Shown here one piece after another: positions 10,824 to 21,649 of a stretch of 39,793 bases of DNA. A program made the position numbers and the translations under genes. Location: NCBI GenBank assembly GCA_030618505.1, contig JAUXDF010000001.1, positions 1 through 39,793 of the forward strand, in the 5' to 3' direction. Position 1 is the stretch's first letter. The number at the start of each line of letters is the position of its first letter. The stretch is from Spongiibacteraceae bacterium. GTDB lineage: Bacteria; Pseudomonadota; Gammaproteobacteria; Pseudomonadales; PIVM01. The notes under the pieces were generated by a model. It saw only the letters and a list, made by a program, of their open reading frames with translations, had not been told where the DNA came from and ran no database searches.

Positions 10824-11273
10824 TTATTCCTCTATCTTGCCGCCAGCCTTTTCGATAGCTTCACGAGCGCCTTTTGTCACGGCAAGCCCTTTCACCGTAA
10901 TGCTCTTAGCCACGTCACCAGACAAAAATATTTTTGCACGTTTTATATGCTGGCCAACAAGATCTGCTTCCTTGAGCACATCCAGATCAACTACATCGCC
11001 CTCAATACTGGCGAGCTCACTGGTGCGAACCTGTGCACTCACTCGTGAGACGCGAGAAGTAAAACCATACTTAGGCAGGCGTTTCTGCAAAGGCATTTGA
11101 CCGCCCTCGAAACCCGGCTTAACACTACCACCGGTACGTGCCTTTTGTCCTTTATGGCCACGGCCACAGGTTTTGCCAGTACCGCTACCAATACCACGAC
11201 CAACACGCTTTGCTGTAGATCGTTTGCCTGGTGCCGGACTCAGGGAATTTAAACTTAACACTTCACTGCCCAT
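10824..11273 (-). CDS. rplO: 50S ribosomal protein L15
   Basis: Contains [42 protein letters not shown]. The track start is ATG 11273. A GTG at 11261 would give MLSLNSLSP, closer to the usual L15 N-terminus, so the start is ambiguous. Confidence 0.95.
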   Translation of the reverse strand: MGSEVLSLNSLSPAPGKRSTAKRVGRGIGSGTGKTCGRGHKGQKARTGGSVKPGFEGGQMPLQKRLPKYGFTSRVSRVSAQVRTSELASIEGDVVDLDVLKEADLVGQHIKRAKIFLSGDVAKSITVKGLAVTKGAREAIEKAGGKIEE

Positions 11274-11278
11274 AGCAG

Positions 11279-11470
11279 TTATTCCTCAATTCGTACCAAA
11301 TAATTTACTTTATTCATCATGCCACGTGTCGATGGTGTATCCTCAACCTCAACGGTATGACCGATTCTGCGCAGCCCAAGACCAGCCACACATGCTTTGT
11401 GGGACTTTAATCGACCATTAACACTGCGTACTAATGTAACTTTAACGCTTTTTTTATCCGCCATCGCCAT
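11279..11470 (-). CDS. rpmD: 50S ribosomal protein L30
   Basis: 63 aa with ...[45 protein letters not shown]... The second ATG at 11464 is an alternative start. Confidence 0.96.
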   Translation of the reverse strand: MAMADKKSVKVTLVRSVNGRLKSHKACVAGLGLRRIGHTVEVEDTPSTRGMMNKVNYLVRIEE

Positions 11471-11478
11471 ACACCCGA

Positions 11479-11994
11479 TTAATTCATCATTTCTTCAACG
11501 GATTTGCCGCGTTTGGCAGCAACTTCTTCCGGAGAACGCATAGTCTTTAAACCTTCAAAGGTTGCGCGAACTACATTAACCGGATTGGTTGAACCGTAGC
11601 ATTTCGCCAATACGTTTTGGATACCGGCTATTTCAAGCACAGCTCGCATCGCTCCACCAGCAATCACTCCAGTACCTTCAGAGGCAGGCTGCATGTACAC
11701 CTTCGATGCGCCATGGCGCGCCTTTATAGGGTATTGAATAGTGGTGCCATCCAGATCTACCTGGATCATATTACGGCGCGCCGCTTCCATCGCTTTTTGA
11801 ATGGCAATAGGTACTTCACGCGCTTTTCCGCGACCAAAGCCAACCTTACCATTTCCATCACCAACAACGGTGAGAGCGGTAAAACCGAATATTCGGCCAC
11901 CTTTAACAACTTTTGCTACGCGATTCACTTGAACCAGCTTTTCTTGTAGCCCTTCGCTGTTATTACCTTTATCTTTCTGATCGTTAAACGCCAT
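11479..11994 (-). CDS. rpsE: 30S ribosomal protein S5
   Basis: 171 aa with ...[39 protein letters not shown]... Confidence 0.98.
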   Translation of the reverse strand: MAFNDQKDKGNNSEGLQEKLVQVNRVAKVVKGGRIFGFTALTVVGDGNGKVGFGRGKAREVPIAIQKAMEAARRNMIQVDLDGTTIQYPIKARHGASKVYMQPASEGTGVIAGGAMRAVLEIAGIQNVLAKCYGSTNPVNVVRATFEGLKTMRSPEEVAAKRGKSVEEMMN

Positions 11995-12005
11995 ATCGCT
12001 ATACC

Positions 12006-12356
12006 TTAGAACTCTAATCCAGCTTCTCTAGCTGCATCAGCTAGTGCCTTTACTCGACCATGGTATTTAAAACCGCTACGATCGAATGCTACCTGCGTTA
12101 AACCCGCAGCTTTCGCTTTTTCTGCAATCGCCTTTCCAACTTCAGCAGCGGCTTCAGCATTACCTGTTTTCCCGCCACGGAGATCTTTATCGAGCGTCGA
12201 AGCACTTGCCAGAACCAGATCACCTGCGGGTGAAAGAATCTGAGCATACATATGGCGCGGTGTACGGTGAATAGACAGCCGACTAACACCTAACTCTCGC
12301 ATCTTCATTCGCGCGCGCGTAGCACGACGTATTCTTGAATTTTTCTTTGCGCTCAT
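12006..12356 (-). CDS. rplR: 50S ribosomal protein L18
   Basis: 116 aa with ...[15 protein letters not shown]...[26 protein letters not shown]. Confidence 0.98.
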   Translation of the reverse strand: MSAKKNSRIRRATRARMKMRELGVSRLSIHRTPRHMYAQILSPAGDLVLASASTLDKDLRGGKTGNAEAAAEVGKAIAEKAKAAGLTQVAFDRSGFKYHGRVKALADAAREAGLEF

Positions 12357-12366
12357 AATCTAGCCT

Positions 12367-12900
12367 TTACTTCTTCTTCGCTTCTTTACGGCGTACATGT
12401 TCATCAGAATAACGAACACCTTTACCCTTGTATGGCTCAGGTGGACGGAAAGCTCGAATTTCTGCAGCCACCTGTCCAATCAACTGTTTGCTAGCACCCT
12501 TCAATACAATTTCAGTCTGGGTGGGTGTTTCTACCTTGACCCCTTCTGGAAGCTTATAGTCAATCGGATGGGAAAAACCAAGGGTAAGACTTATGGTTTT
12601 ACCGGATGCTTTGGCACGATAACCAACCCCGTTCAGCTGCAGCTTCTTCTCAAAGCCCTGACTAACGCCGGTGACCATGTTATTAACCAGAGCTCTTGTG
12701 GTACCAGCGATAGCCCGTGAGGACTTGCCATTATCACGCGCAGAAAATGTAAGAATTTCATCATCCTTTTTAACATCAACATTAATGTTGATGTTCATTT
12801 CCAGGGAGCCGTTACCGCCTTTGACCTTGATTTGCTGACCAGCTAGAGTCACTTCGACTCCTGATGGAATCACAACCGGGCTTTTTGCAACTCGAGACAT
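12367..12900 (-). CDS. rplF: 50S ribosomal protein L6
   Basis: 177 aa starting [17 protein letters not shown], with ...[11 protein letters not shown]... Confidence 0.98.
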   Translation of the reverse strand: MSRVAKSPVVIPSGVEVTLAGQQIKVKGGNGSLEMNININVDVKKDDEILTFSARDNGKSSRAIAGTTRALVNNMVTGVSQGFEKKLQLNGVGYRAKASGKTISLTLGFSHPIDYKLPEGVKVETPTQTEIVLKGASKQLIGQVAAEIRAFRPPEPYKGKGVRYSDEHVRRKEAKKK

Positions 12901-12924
12901 AACTTTTACTCATCAAATACTATT

Positions 12925-13320
12925 TTAGAAAACCTGGCAGATTAACTCGCCGCCGATACCTTCTTTGCGTGCTGCACGGTCAGTCATCAGACCTTTACTC
13001 GTGGAGACTATAGTAATACCAAGCCCACTATTAACTTTGGGGATATCATCATGTGTAGAATAAATTCTCAAACCGGGGCGACTGACCCTTTGGATTTTCT
13101 CAATGACAGGCTTGCCCTGATAATATTTAAGATCCAGAATCAGCGTAGATTTACCGCTTTGCTCTTCGACCTTGCTACCATTTATATACCCTTCCTGGCA
13201 AAGCACATCAGCGATAGCCGACTTTACCTTGGAGGCTGGCATCTGGACTTCAGTCTTTGCTGCTCTCTGAGCGTTTCGAACTCGCGTCAGCATATCAGCT
13301 ATTGGATCTTGCATACTCAT
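12925..13320 (-). CDS. rpsH: 30S ribosomal protein S8
   Basis: 131 aa starting [17 protein letters not shown]. Confidence 0.98.
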   Translation of the reverse strand: MSMQDPIADMLTRVRNAQRAAKTEVQMPASKVKSAIADVLCQEGYINGSKVEEQSGKSTLILDLKYYQGKPVIEKIQRVSRPGLRIYSTHDDIPKVNSGLGITIVSTSKGLMTDRAARKEGIGGELICQVF

Positions 13321-13374
13321 ATTATTACCTCAACATCAAAGCCAGATAAGCGACTTTGAAATCTCCTTAAAAGT

Positions 13375-13680
13375 TTACCAGCTAGCCTTGACCAGACCCG
13401 GCACATCACCGCGCATTGCCGCTTCTCTCAGCTTATTTCGACACAGCCCAAATTTACGATACACGCCATGGGGTCGGCCAGTTATCTGACAACGACGGCG
13501 CTGACGACATGGGCTTGCATTACGTGGCAACTTTTGAATAGCTACCTGTGCATCCCATTTTTCTTCATCAGTGGCGTTGACGTCTGCAAGAATCGCCCTG
13601 AGTTTCGCTCGCTTTTCTGCAAATTTAGCTACTGTTTTTTCGCGCTTTTTTTCGCGCGCAATCATCGATGCCTTTGCCAT
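13375..13680 (-). CDS. rpsN: 30S ribosomal protein S14
   Basis: 101 aa with ...[43 protein letters not shown]. Confidence 0.98.
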   Translation of the reverse strand: MAKASMIAREKKREKTVAKFAEKRAKLRAILADVNATDEEKWDAQVAIQKLPRNASPCRQRRRCQITGRPHGVYRKFGLCRNKLREAAMRGDVPGLVKASW

Positions 13681-13693
13681 TAGTCTGCTGCTC

Positions 13694-14233
13694 TCAACCT
13701 TTTAAAGGGAAATTAAATGCTCTCAATAGTGCTCGACCTTCGTCATCTGTTTTTGCACTAGTGGTGATCGCTATATCCATACCGCGGAGCTTATCTACCT
13801 TATCATAATCGATTTCCGGAAAGATAATTTGCTCGGTTACTCCCATCGCAAAATTACCACGACCATCGAAGGACTTCGGATTAATACCGCGAAAATCTCT
13901 AATCCTGGGGATCGATATAGAAATCAAACGATCAAGGAATTCATACATGCGCTCACCGCGCAGACTGACCTTACAGCCAATCGGCCACTCTTCACGGACT
14001 TTAAATCCTGCGATAGATTTACGCGCCTTGGTAACGATCGGCTTTTGACCGGCGATCAGTTCCATATCCTTTACTGCGTAATCCAGGACTTTTTTATCGC
14101 CCAGTGCATCACCAACACCCATATTCAGGGTAATTTTGGTGATTTTAGGCACCAGCATAATATAATTTAAGCCAAGCTCATCTTTAAGCTTAGCGGCGAT
14201 CTCTGCTTTATATAATTCTCTTAATCTTGCCAT
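13694..14233 (-). CDS. rplE: 50S ribosomal protein L5
   Basis: 179 aa with MARLRELYK...ITLNMGVG...[25 protein letters not shown]. Confidence 0.98.
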   Translation of the reverse strand: MARLRELYKAEIAAKLKDELGLNYIMLVPKITKITLNMGVGDALGDKKVLDYAVKDMELIAGQKPIVTKARKSIAGFKVREEWPIGCKVSLRGERMYEFLDRLISISIPRIRDFRGINPKSFDGRGNFAMGVTEQIIFPEIDYDKVDKLRGMDIAITTSAKTDDEGRALLRAFNFPLKG

Positions 14234-14251
14234 GATCTGCTTCCAGCCTGA

Positions 14252-14566
14252 TTACGCGTCTATCAATTCATTGTCAGATTTAAAAAAGCGAGCTTTTTTA
14301 CCATCTTCCAGACGAATACCAACACGGTCTGCTTTTTGTGTTTTAGGGTTAAAAATAGCGACGTTGGAGCCCTCGATTGGCGCTTCCTTTTCGACTATCC
14401 CACCAGCCACACCCGCATTGGGATTAGGCTTAGTGTGGCGCTTGATCATATTGACGCCTGAAACAATCATGCGCCCATCATCATTGACTCTGACAATCTT
14501 GCCGCGCTTACCCTTATCTTTACCAGCTATGACGACTACTTCGTCTTCGCGCTTCATTTTGCGCAT
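14252..14566 (-). CDS. rplX: 50S ribosomal protein L24
   Basis: The track ORF starts at TTG 14572. The ATG at 14566 is preceded by GAGGG and gives [24 protein letters not shown], the standard L24 N-terminus. Confidence 0.96.
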   Translation of the reverse strand: MRKMKREDEVVVIAGKDKGKRGKIVRVNDDGRMIVSGVNMIKRHTKPNPNAGVAGGIVEKEAPIEGSNVAIFNPKTQKADRVGIRLEDGKKARFFKSDNELIDA

Positions 14567-14593
14567 GACCAACCCTCAAATATTTCTATCTCT

Positions 14594-14962
14594 TTATAAT
14601 ACTTCTGGAGCCAAAGAGATGATTTTCATGAATTTCTCAGTTCGCAATTCGCGTGTAACTGGCCCAAATATACGTGTACCAATAGGTGCCAACTGGGCGT
14701 TTAACAATACCGCGGCATTATCGTCAAATTTAATCAACGAACCATCTCCACGACGAACGCCTTTTTTAGTGCGTACTACGACGGCTGTCATCACCTGGCC
14801 TTTCTTAACTTTACCGCGAGGAATTGCTTCCTTTACAGTAACTTTAATAATATCGCCAACCCTTGCGTAGCGACGATGTGATCCACCGAGCACTTTGATA
14901 CACATCACCCGACGAGCGCCACTGTTGTCAGCAACTTCAAGGTAACTTTGTGTTTGAATCAT
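14594..14962 (-). CDS. rplN: 50S ribosomal protein L14
   Basis: 122 aa starting [28 protein letters not shown]. First gene of the spc operon. Confidence 0.98.
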   Translation of the reverse strand: MIQTQSYLEVADNSGARRVMCIKVLGGSHRRYARVGDIIKVTVKEAIPRGKVKKGQVMTAVVVRTKKGVRRGDGSLIKFDDNAAVLLNAQLAPIGTRIFGPVTRELRTEKFMKIISLAPEVL

Positions 14963-15018
14963 CGATCAACTCCAAACCTGTTCTTATGCAAGCGTTAAAT
15001 CCGCTTGACCCGCTACAA

Positions 15019-15285
15019 TTAACTTTCTGACGCTCGCTCTTCTATTCGAAGCAATTGCCAGGATTTTGTCTTGGACAACGGACGGCTTTCACTTATGGTG
15101 ACAACATCCCCGGCGTTACACTCGTTACTCTCATCATGCGCATGTAGCTTTGTTGAGCGAGTCATAAATTTTCCGTATATTGGATGCTTTACACGGCGCT
15201 CAACCAATACAGTAATGGTCTTATCCATTTTGTCGCTAACAACCTTACCGGTCACCGTGCGAGCTGTCTTTTCACCTTCAGCCAT
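15019..15285 (-). CDS. rpsQ: 30S ribosomal protein S17
   Basis: 88 aa with ...[30 protein letters not shown]... Confidence 0.98.
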   Translation of the reverse strand: MAEGEKTARTVTGKVVSDKMDKTITVLVERRVKHPIYGKFMTRSTKLHAHDESNECNAGDVVTISESRPLSKTKSWQLLRIEERASES

Positions 15286-15287
15286 GT

Positions 15288-15479
15288 CTACTTACCTGCC
15301 TTCTGCTTCAGCACAGTTTTGACTCGTGCTATCTCTTGTTTGTTTTGCTTTAACAAGTGGGTCTGTGCCAATTGACCAGTCCCTTTCTGCATACGAAGCT
15401 TAAACTGTTGCTCACGCAAACTGAGTAGCTCAGCGCTTAACTCGTCAGCTGTTTTCTCTAGCAATTTATTCGCTTTCAT
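15288..15479 (-). CDS. rpmC: 50S ribosomal protein L29
   Basis: 63 aa with ...[20 protein letters not shown]... Its start overlaps the rplP stop. Confidence 0.97.
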   Translation of the reverse strand: MKANKLLEKTADELSAELLSLREQQFKLRMQKGTGQLAQTHLLKQNKQEIARVKTVLKQKAGK

Positions 15480-15892
15480 TACATCACCGATCTTTTAACG
15501 AAAGTTGTCGCTACAGGTAACTTCGCCGCAGCCAGTGCAAAAGCTTCTTTGGCAAGCTCTTCAGATACACCCTCTACTTCGTAAAGAATCTTACCCGGTT
15601 GAATCTGCGCAACCCAGTACTCGACGTTACCCTTACCCTTACCTTGACGAACCTCTAGAGGCTTCTGGGTAATAGGCTTATCAGGAAATACTCGAATCCA
15701 GATTTTACCACCACGTTTTATGTGTCGAGTCATTGCTCGACGAGCCGCTTCGATCTGGCGGGCAGTAATACGACCTCTACTGGTCGACTTGAGCCCGAAT
15801 TCTCCAAAGCTCACTTTACTGCCACGATGTGCCAGTCCGCGATTACGGCCTTTTTGCTGCTTGCGAAATTTTGTACGCTTAGGCTGCAACAT
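15479..15892 (-). CDS. rplP: 50S ribosomal protein L16
   Basis: 137 aa starting [19 protein letters not shown]. Confidence 0.98.
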   Translation of the reverse strand: MLQPKRTKFRKQQKGRNRGLAHRGSKVSFGEFGLKSTSRGRITARQIEAARRAMTRHIKRGGKIWIRVFPDKPITQKPLEVRQGKGKGNVEYWVAQIQPGKILYEVEGVSEELAKEAFALAAAKLPVATTFVKRSVM

Positions 15893-15920
15893 CTGTGTAA
15901 CCCCTAATTACCAACTACTC

Positions 15921-16601
15921 TTAGTTTTGAGTAGCTGCCTTTTTACTTTGAGTGGCTTCTGGTTGCTCGTTCTGTCCGATAACCTCGCCCTTAAAAATCC
16001 AAACCTTAACACCCAGTATTCCGTAGGTAGTCATGGCTTCATAGGTCGCATAGTCGATATCGGCACGCAAAGTGTGCAAAGGAACTCGCCCTTCTCGATA
16101 CCACTCGGAGCGCGCAATTTCTGCACCACCCAAGCGACCACCAACCTGAACCTTGATACCCTTGGCACCCTGGCGCATTGCATTTTGCACAACGCGTTTC
16201 ATCGCTCGGCGAAACATAACTCGACGTTCAAGCTGTTGAGCGACATTTTGCGCAACGAGCTTAGCATCTAGATCAGGTTTGCGAATTTCCTGAATATTGA
16301 TATGAACGGGGACACCCATCATATCAGTCAGTTCCTTCCTAAGCCGATCTACATCTTCGCCTTTCTTACCAATCACAATACCTGGTCTTGCAGTATGGAT
16401 GGTAACGCGAGCGGTCTGTGCAGGGCGTTCAATAACCACCCTACTAACCGATGCATGATTGAGTTTCTTTTCAATATATTCGCGTACTTTGATATCTTCT
16501 ACCAAATACTTTGAATACGATTGACTATCGGCATACCAGACAGAGTTATGGTCTTTAACTATGCCTAAGCGAATACCTATTGGATGTACTTTTTGACCCA
16601 T
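15921..16601 (-). CDS. rpsC: 30S ribosomal protein S3
   Basis: 226 aa starting [24 protein letters not shown]. Confidence 0.98.
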   Translation of the reverse strand: MGQKVHPIGIRLGIVKDHNSVWYADSQSYSKYLVEDIKVREYIEKKLNHASVSRVVIERPAQTARVTIHTARPGIVIGKKGEDVDRLRKELTDMMGVPVHINIQEIRKPDLDAKLVAQNVAQQLERRVMFRRAMKRVVQNAMRQGAKGIKVQVGGRLGGAEIARSEWYREGRVPLHTLRADIDYATYEAMTTYGILGVKVWIFKGEVIGQNEQPEATQSKKAATQN

Positions 16602-16625
16602 ATGGCCATCTCCTAAAGAACGCTT

Positions 16626-16958
16626 TTAGCTATCAGCAACTTTGATCGTAATATGACACGAACGTTTAAAAATTCGATCTGCTCTACCCTTGGCACGTGG
16701 CTTAATACGCTTGAGGGTAGTTGACTCGTCAACAAAAATCGTTGACACCTTTAGATCATCGACGTCTGCACCTTCATTATGCTCTGCATTTGCAATCGCA
16801 GAGTTCAGAATTTTCTTAATGATCACTGAAGCCTTTTTTGGACTAAAGGCCAAAATATCAAGTGCCTCTTCTACAGGCTTGCCTCTTACTTGATCAGCCA
16901 CCAATCGGGCTTTCTGTGCAGATATAGTCGCACCTTTTAATTTTGCGGCAACTTCCAT
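16626..16958 (-). CDS. rplV: 50S ribosomal protein L22
   Basis: 110 aa with ...[28 protein letters not shown]... Confidence 0.98.
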   Translation of the reverse strand: MEVAAKLKGATISAQKARLVADQVRGKPVEEALDILAFSPKKASVIIKKILNSAIANAEHNEGADVDDLKVSTIFVDESTTLKRIKPRAKGRADRIFKRSCHITIKVADS

Positions 16959-16990
16959 CTCTATAGAACCTCTTTCACTTACCCGTTACG

Positions 16991-17266
16991 CTAGCGCGTG
17001 GCTTTTTTGTCTGCCGCATGCCCCTTAAAGGTACGCGTCACAGCAAATTCGCCTAATTTATGTCCTACCATATCCTCAGTAACAAATACTGGAACATGTT
17101 GACGCCCATTGTGTATGGCGATTGTTAATCCGACCATATCAGGGGAAACCATCGACCGGCGCGACCATGTTTTTATCGGGCGTTTGTCATTTTTCTCAAT
17201 AGCTACCTCAACCTTTTTTATCAGGTGAAGGTCTATGAAAGGGCCTTTTTTTAACGAACGCGGCAC
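16991..17266 (-). CDS. rpsS: 30S ribosomal protein S19
   Basis: 91 aa starting [20 protein letters not shown]. Confidence 0.98.
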   Translation of the reverse strand: MPRSLKKGPFIDLHLIKKVEVAIEKNDKRPIKTWSRRSMVSPDMVGLTIAIHNGRQHVPVFVTEDMVGHKLGEFAVTRTFKGHAADKKATR

Positions 17267-17302
17267 TGTCTATTCCTCTTCATTAAGCTCTTGGTCGTGG
17301 TT

Positions 17303-18130
17303 TTACTTAGATCCGCGACTACGAACAATCAACTTATCTGTACGCTTGTTTTTGCGTGTCTTATAACCTTTTGCCGGTGTGCCCCATGGAGATACAGGAT
17401 GACGACCTCCAGAAGTACGACCTTCACCACCACCATGCGGGTGATCAACAGGGTTCATTGCTACACCACGTACAGTGGGTCGAACTCCACGCCACCTGGA
17501 TGCTCCAGCTTTACCCAACGAACGCAAACTATGCTCGCTATTGGAAACTTCACCCAAGGTTGCTCGACATTCAACAGACACCTTTCGCATTTCGCCTGAG
17601 CGCAGTCTCAAGGTCGCATGCTGACCCTCTCTTGCTACTAACTGTGCCGACGTACCAGCACTGCGCGCTATCTGAGCACCTTTGCCTGGCTTCAACTCTA
17701 TGCAATGTATAACACTACCAATTGGCATGTTACGTAAAGGCAAAGTGTTTCCACTTTTGATCGGGGCCGCTTCACCCGAATCAATCACATCACCGGCCTT
17801 CATATCCCTTGCAGCAATTACGTATCTACGTTCGCCATCGGCGTATAACACCAAGGCTATATTTGCTGTTCGGTTCGGATCATACTCCAAGCGCTCTACT
17901 GTTGCCGGAATACCGTCTTTATTTCTTTTAAAGTCGATAATTCGGTAATGCTGCTTGTGGCCACCACCAATGTGTCGAGTGGTAATACGGCCCCTGTTAT
18001 TTCGTCCGCCTGACTTTGACTTCTTCTCTAGTAGCGGCTTGTGTGGTTCGCCTTTATGCAGGTCAGGATTGACCACACGCACCACAAAGCGGCGCCCAGG
18101 AGAAGTTGGTTTACTCTTTACTATCGCCAT
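17303..18130 (-). CDS. rplB: 50S ribosomal protein L2
   Basis: 275 aa with [17 protein letters not shown]...[17 protein letters not shown]. Confidence 0.98.
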   Translation of the reverse strand: MAIVKSKPTSPGRRFVVRVVNPDLHKGEPHKPLLEKKSKSGGRNNRGRITTRHIGGGHKQHYRIIDFKRNKDGIPATVERLEYDPNRTANIALVLYADGERRYVIAARDMKAGDVIDSGEAAPIKSGNTLPLRNMPIGSVIHCIELKPGKGAQIARSAGTSAQLVAREGQHATLRLRSGEMRKVSVECRATLGEVSNSEHSLRSLGKAGASRWRGVRPTVRGVAMNPVDHPHGGGEGRTSGGRHPVSPWGTPAKGYKTRKNKRTDKLIVRSRGSK

Positions 18131-18148
18131 CTTAACCTAGCTCCAATC

Positions 18149-18445
18149 CTAGTCCGCTATAGAAAAATCAATTTCGTGGCCTTGCTCTAAACGAACATAA
18201 GCCTTTTTCCAGTTCGGTTTTGAGGTAAGGCCATAACGATTTCGCTTTGCCTTACCTTTAACATTTAATACCTGAACCTTTTGCACTTTAACTTTAAAAA
18301 GCTTTTCAACGGCTTTTTTAATTTCCAGCTTGGTAGCATCTATTGCCACCTTAAAGGCTACCCGATTAGCATCCTCGGCACCGATTGCTGCTTTTTCGGA
18401 AATATGCGGGCCAAGTAGAACGGTGAATATACGCTCCGAATTCAT
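18149..18445 (-). CDS. rplW: 50S ribosomal protein L23
   Basis: 98 aa with ...[10 protein letters not shown]...[20 protein letters not shown]... Confidence 0.97.
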   Translation of the reverse strand: MNSERIFTVLLGPHISEKAAIGAEDANRVAFKVAIDATKLEIKKAVEKLFKVKVQKVQVLNVKGKAKRNRYGLTSKPNWKKAYVRLEQGHEIDFSIAD

Positions 18446-19059
18446 CCCAACAACTCCTCAAACTTTTTCAGTGCTGGCACAGTTACTAGCACTTTGTCAT
18501 GAGCGATTAGACTAACAGGATCAACACCCTGCACATCGCGCACATCAACTTTATTCAAATTACGCGCAGACAGAACCAGATTACTATCAGCATTCTCGGT
18601 CACTATCAAAGCACTATCGATACCGAAATCGCTCAGCTTCGCCACCAGCTCTTTGGTCTTTGGCGCAGCCATTTCAATACTGTCAACTATTACCAATCGC
18701 TCTTGACGAGCCAGCTCGGATAATATGCTGCTCATCGCTGCCCGATACATTTTTTTATTCACTTTCTGTGAATAATCGCGAGGCTGAGCGGCAAAAGTAA
18801 CACCACCGCCACGCCAAATTGGACTTCTTATGGTACCAGCACGTGCGCGACCGGTACCCTTTTGACGCCAGGGCTTACGACCACCACCGCGCACGTCCGC
18901 GCGATTTTTTTGTGCTTTGCTACCCTGACGCGCGCCGGCCAAGAAAGCGGTAACCACCTGGTGAACCAGCTCTTCATTAAAAGTGCGCGCGAATGCCGCC
19001 TCGGACACTTCAACTGTGCCTGCTACGGCACTACCAGATGCAGTAATATTCAATTCCAT
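18442..19059 (-). CDS. rplD: 50S ribosomal protein L4
   Basis: 205 aa with ...[33 protein letters not shown]... It has a 4-nt overlap with rplW. Confidence 0.98.
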   Translation of the reverse strand: MELNITASGSAVAGTVEVSEAAFARTFNEELVHQVVTAFLAGARQGSKAQKNRADVRGGGRKPWRQKGTGRARAGTIRSPIWRGGGVTFAAQPRDYSQKVNKKMYRAAMSSILSELARQERLVIVDSIEMAAPKTKELVAKLSDFGIDSALIVTENADSNLVLSARNLNKVDVRDVQGVDPVSLIAHDKVLVTVPALKKFEELLG

Positions 19060-19073
19060 CAGTGTAACCCCCC

Positions 19074-19718
19074 TTAGGAACCTTTAATCTTTACAGCAGG
19101 CCTGACGATGACATCGCCACCCGGCGCACCAGGCACCGCGCCTTTTATAAGGAGCAGATTTTTTTCTGCATCAACTCGAACAATCTCCAGCCCCTGGGTA
19201 GTAACTTTCGCTGCTCCCATATGCCCGGCCATCTTCTTACCCTTCCAAACTCGCCCTGGAGTCTGGCACTGACCTATGGATCCTGCCGAACGGTGTGATA
19301 TCGAGTTACCATGAGTGGCATCTTGCATGGTGAAGTTCCAGCGCTTGATTGCGCCCTGAAAACCCTTCCCCTTTGAGCGCCCGGTAACATCGACTTTCTG
19401 GCCGCTCTCAAACTGCTCTACAGTCAACTGCTCGCCAACAGCCGGCGTGTTATCAGCCTGCTCCAGACGAAGCTCCCATAAACCACGACCTGCAGCTACA
19501 TTTGCTTTAGCAAAATGACCTGCACTGGCTTTATTTACACGAGAAGCACGACGCTCACCTACAGTAACCTGTACTGCGGCATAACCATCGCTTTCCTGAG
19601 TTTTGACTTGAGTGACGCGATTAGGGTCAACCTCAACCACGGTTACCGGAATGGATAAACCATCTTCGGTAAACACACGGGTCATGCCGCATTTACGACC
19701 GACTAATCCTAATGACAT
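19074..19718 (-). CDS. rplC: 50S ribosomal protein L3
   Basis: 214 aa starting [26 protein letters not shown] Shine-Dalgarno upstream. Confidence 0.98.
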   Translation of the reverse strand: MSLGLVGRKCGMTRVFTEDGLSIPVTVVEVDPNRVTQVKTQESDGYAAVQVTVGERRASRVNKASAGHFAKANVAAGRGLWELRLEQADNTPAVGEQLTVEQFESGQKVDVTGRSKGKGFQGAIKRWNFTMQDATHGNSISHRSAGSIGQCQTPGRVWKGKKMAGHMGAAKVTTQGLEIVRVDAEKNLLLIKGAVPGAPGGDVIVRPAVKIKGS

Positions 19719-19824
19719 TTTGAAACCTCTTGTGTACGGGGCTTACACCCTCTATGGCTGCCCCACTTAACGGAGCATTACACTCGAGTTAATGTGCTGC
19801 AAGGCAACTACATTAACTAATCAT

Positions 19825-20157
<333 letters not shown>

Positions 20158-20209
20158 TCAAGCATTCAGAACCAAAGATCTTCTTTAGCCCTTCAAAAAA
20201 GGAGCGCGT

Positions 20210-20238
20210 ATATTAAGACTCTGACACCAAACTGTCAA
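20210..20238 (-). promoter_or_regulatory. Sigma70-type promoter of the S10 operon
   Basis: On the minus strand: TTGACA (20238-20233), a 17-nt spacer, then TAATAT (20215-20210), with an AT-rich tract upstream (aaagtaatgaattttattgc). The predicted leader to the rpsJ ATG is about 65 nt. Confidence 0.65.
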
Positions 20239-20340
20239 GCAATAAAATTCATTACTTTCAGCTTAATTTGGACATACCCATTGTCAGCAAAATGGAGCGC
20301 GGAAATCCATGCAAAACACGCCATGCCGCTATTCGGACAC

Positions 20341-20367
20341 AAAAAAAACCCCGGCATTAGCCGGGGC
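20341..20367 (-). terminator. Rho-independent terminator after tuf (str operon end)
   Basis: Stem ccccggc (20349-20355), loop atta, stem gccgggg (20360-20366). On the minus strand it is followed by T8. It lies 20 nt after the tuf stop. Confidence 0.85.
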
Positions 20368-20386
20368 TTCGAACCACCACTACAGC

Positions 20387-21610
20387 TTATTCTATAACCT
20401 TGGCTACAACACCCGCTCCAACGGTACGACCGCCTTCACGAATAGCAAAGCGCAGGCCGTCATCCATCGCAATCGGATGAATCAAGGTAACAACCATTTG
20501 AATGTTATCACCTGGCATTACCATCTCAACGCCCTCTGGCAGCTCGCAAGCACCAGTCACGTCAGTGGTACGGAAATAAAACTGCGGACGATAGCCTTTA
20601 AAGAAAGGCGTATGGCGACCACCCTCATCCTTGCTCAGCACATATACTTCGGCTTCAAATTTGGTATGTGGCGTAATAGTACCTGGAACCGCCAACACCT
20701 GACCACGCTCAACTTCATCACGCTTGGTACCACGAAGAAGAACACCAACATTCTCACCAGCACGACCTTCGTCAAGCAGCTTACGAAACATCTCAACACC
20801 TGTACAGGTGCTCTTGGTAGTCTCGCGAATACCAATAATTTCAATTTCATCACCGGTATTTAGAATACCACGCTCAATACGACCGGTTACCACAGTACCA
20901 CGACCTGAGATTGAAAATACGTCCTCAATAGGCATCAAGAAAGGCTGATCAACCGCGCGCTCTGGCTCTGGAATATATGTATCCAGAGCTTCGATCAACT
21001 TCTTAACGGCCGTTGTACCTAACTCATTGTCATCTTCGCCATTCAACGCCATTAAGGCAGAACCAGCTATGATGGGCGTGTCATCACCAGGGAATTCGTA
21101 GAGGTCAAGCAACTCACGCAGCTCCATCTCTACTAACTCGATCATTTCGTTGTACTCTTCACTACCAACACCACCACAATCTTCTGCCAGCAAGTCAGCC
21201 TTATTCAGGAATACAAGAATATAAGGCACACCAACCTGACGAGAAAGAAGAATGTGCTCTCGTGTTTGAGGCATAGGACCGTCGGTTGCGCCACAGACCA
21301 AAATTGCACCATCCATCTGGGCAGCACCGGTAATCATGTTTTTAACATAATCGGCGTGTCCTGGGCAGTCAACGTGCGCATAGTGACGGATATCAGAATC
21401 ATATTCGACATGAGATGTCGCAATAGTAATACCACGCTCACGTTCTTCGGGCGCATTATCAATTCCGTCAAAAGCTATCGCTTCGCCACCGTGCATTTCC
21501 GCACATACGCGAGTCAGCGCCGCTGTTAGAGTTGTTTTACCATGATCAACGTGGCCGATAGTACCGACGTTTACATGGGGTTTTGTACGTTCAAATTTTT
21601 CTTTAGCCAC
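20387..21610 (-). CDS. tuf: Elongation factor Tu
   Basis: 407 aa with [27 protein letters not shown]...DCPGHADY...NKAD. About 13 aa longer than E. coli EF-Tu because of insertions after the NKxD motif. Confidence 0.98.
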   Translation of the reverse strand: MAKEKFERTKPHVNVGTIGHVDHGKTTLTAALTRVCAEMHGGEAIAFDGIDNAPEERERGITIATSHVEYDSDIRHYAHVDCPGHADYVKNMITGAAQMDGAILVCGATDGPMPQTREHILLSRQVGVPYILVFLNKADLLAEDCGGVGSEEYNEMIELVEMELRELLDLYEFPGDDTPIIAGSALMALNGEDDNELGTTAVKKLIEALDTYIPEPERAVDQPFLMPIEDVFSISGRGTVVTGRIERGILNTGDEIEIIGIRETTKSTCTGVEMFRKLLDEGRAGENVGVLLRGTKRDEVERGQVLAVPGTITPHTKFEAEVYVLSKDEGGRHTPFFKGYRPQFYFRTTDVTGACELPEGVEMVMPGDNIQMVVTLIHPIAMDDGLRFAIREGGRTVGAGVVAKVIE

Positions 21611-21649
21611 CGCTTAAGTCCTCTTTTCTAGTAATCAGCAATAGTTAAA

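Noticed and set aside
14232-14870. 212-aa plus-strand ORF antisense to rplX/rplN. Similar long antisense ORFs occur at 15720-16271, 20309-20863, 22082-22660, 27537-27998, 28171-28596 and 30072-30617.
   Set aside because: These are shadow ORFs opposite highly expressed, strongly codon-biased genes. Their translations are low-complexity (S/T/L/R/P-rich) with no recognisable motifs and no ribosome-binding sites. The opposite-strand genes are unambiguous.
14963-15018. Hairpin caagcg-gatttaa-cgcttg (minus strand) in the 56-nt rpsQ-rplN junction, as a possible S10-operon terminator or spc promoter.
   Set aside because: The stem is only 6 bp with no U-run, and no credible -35/-10 pair is visible. 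There is not enough support for either call.
20201-20301. 8-nt direct repeat GGAGCGCG at 20201-20208 and 20294-20301, flanking the S10 promoter.
   Set aside because: It is too short to distinguish from chance and has no accompanying symmetry or spacing pattern.
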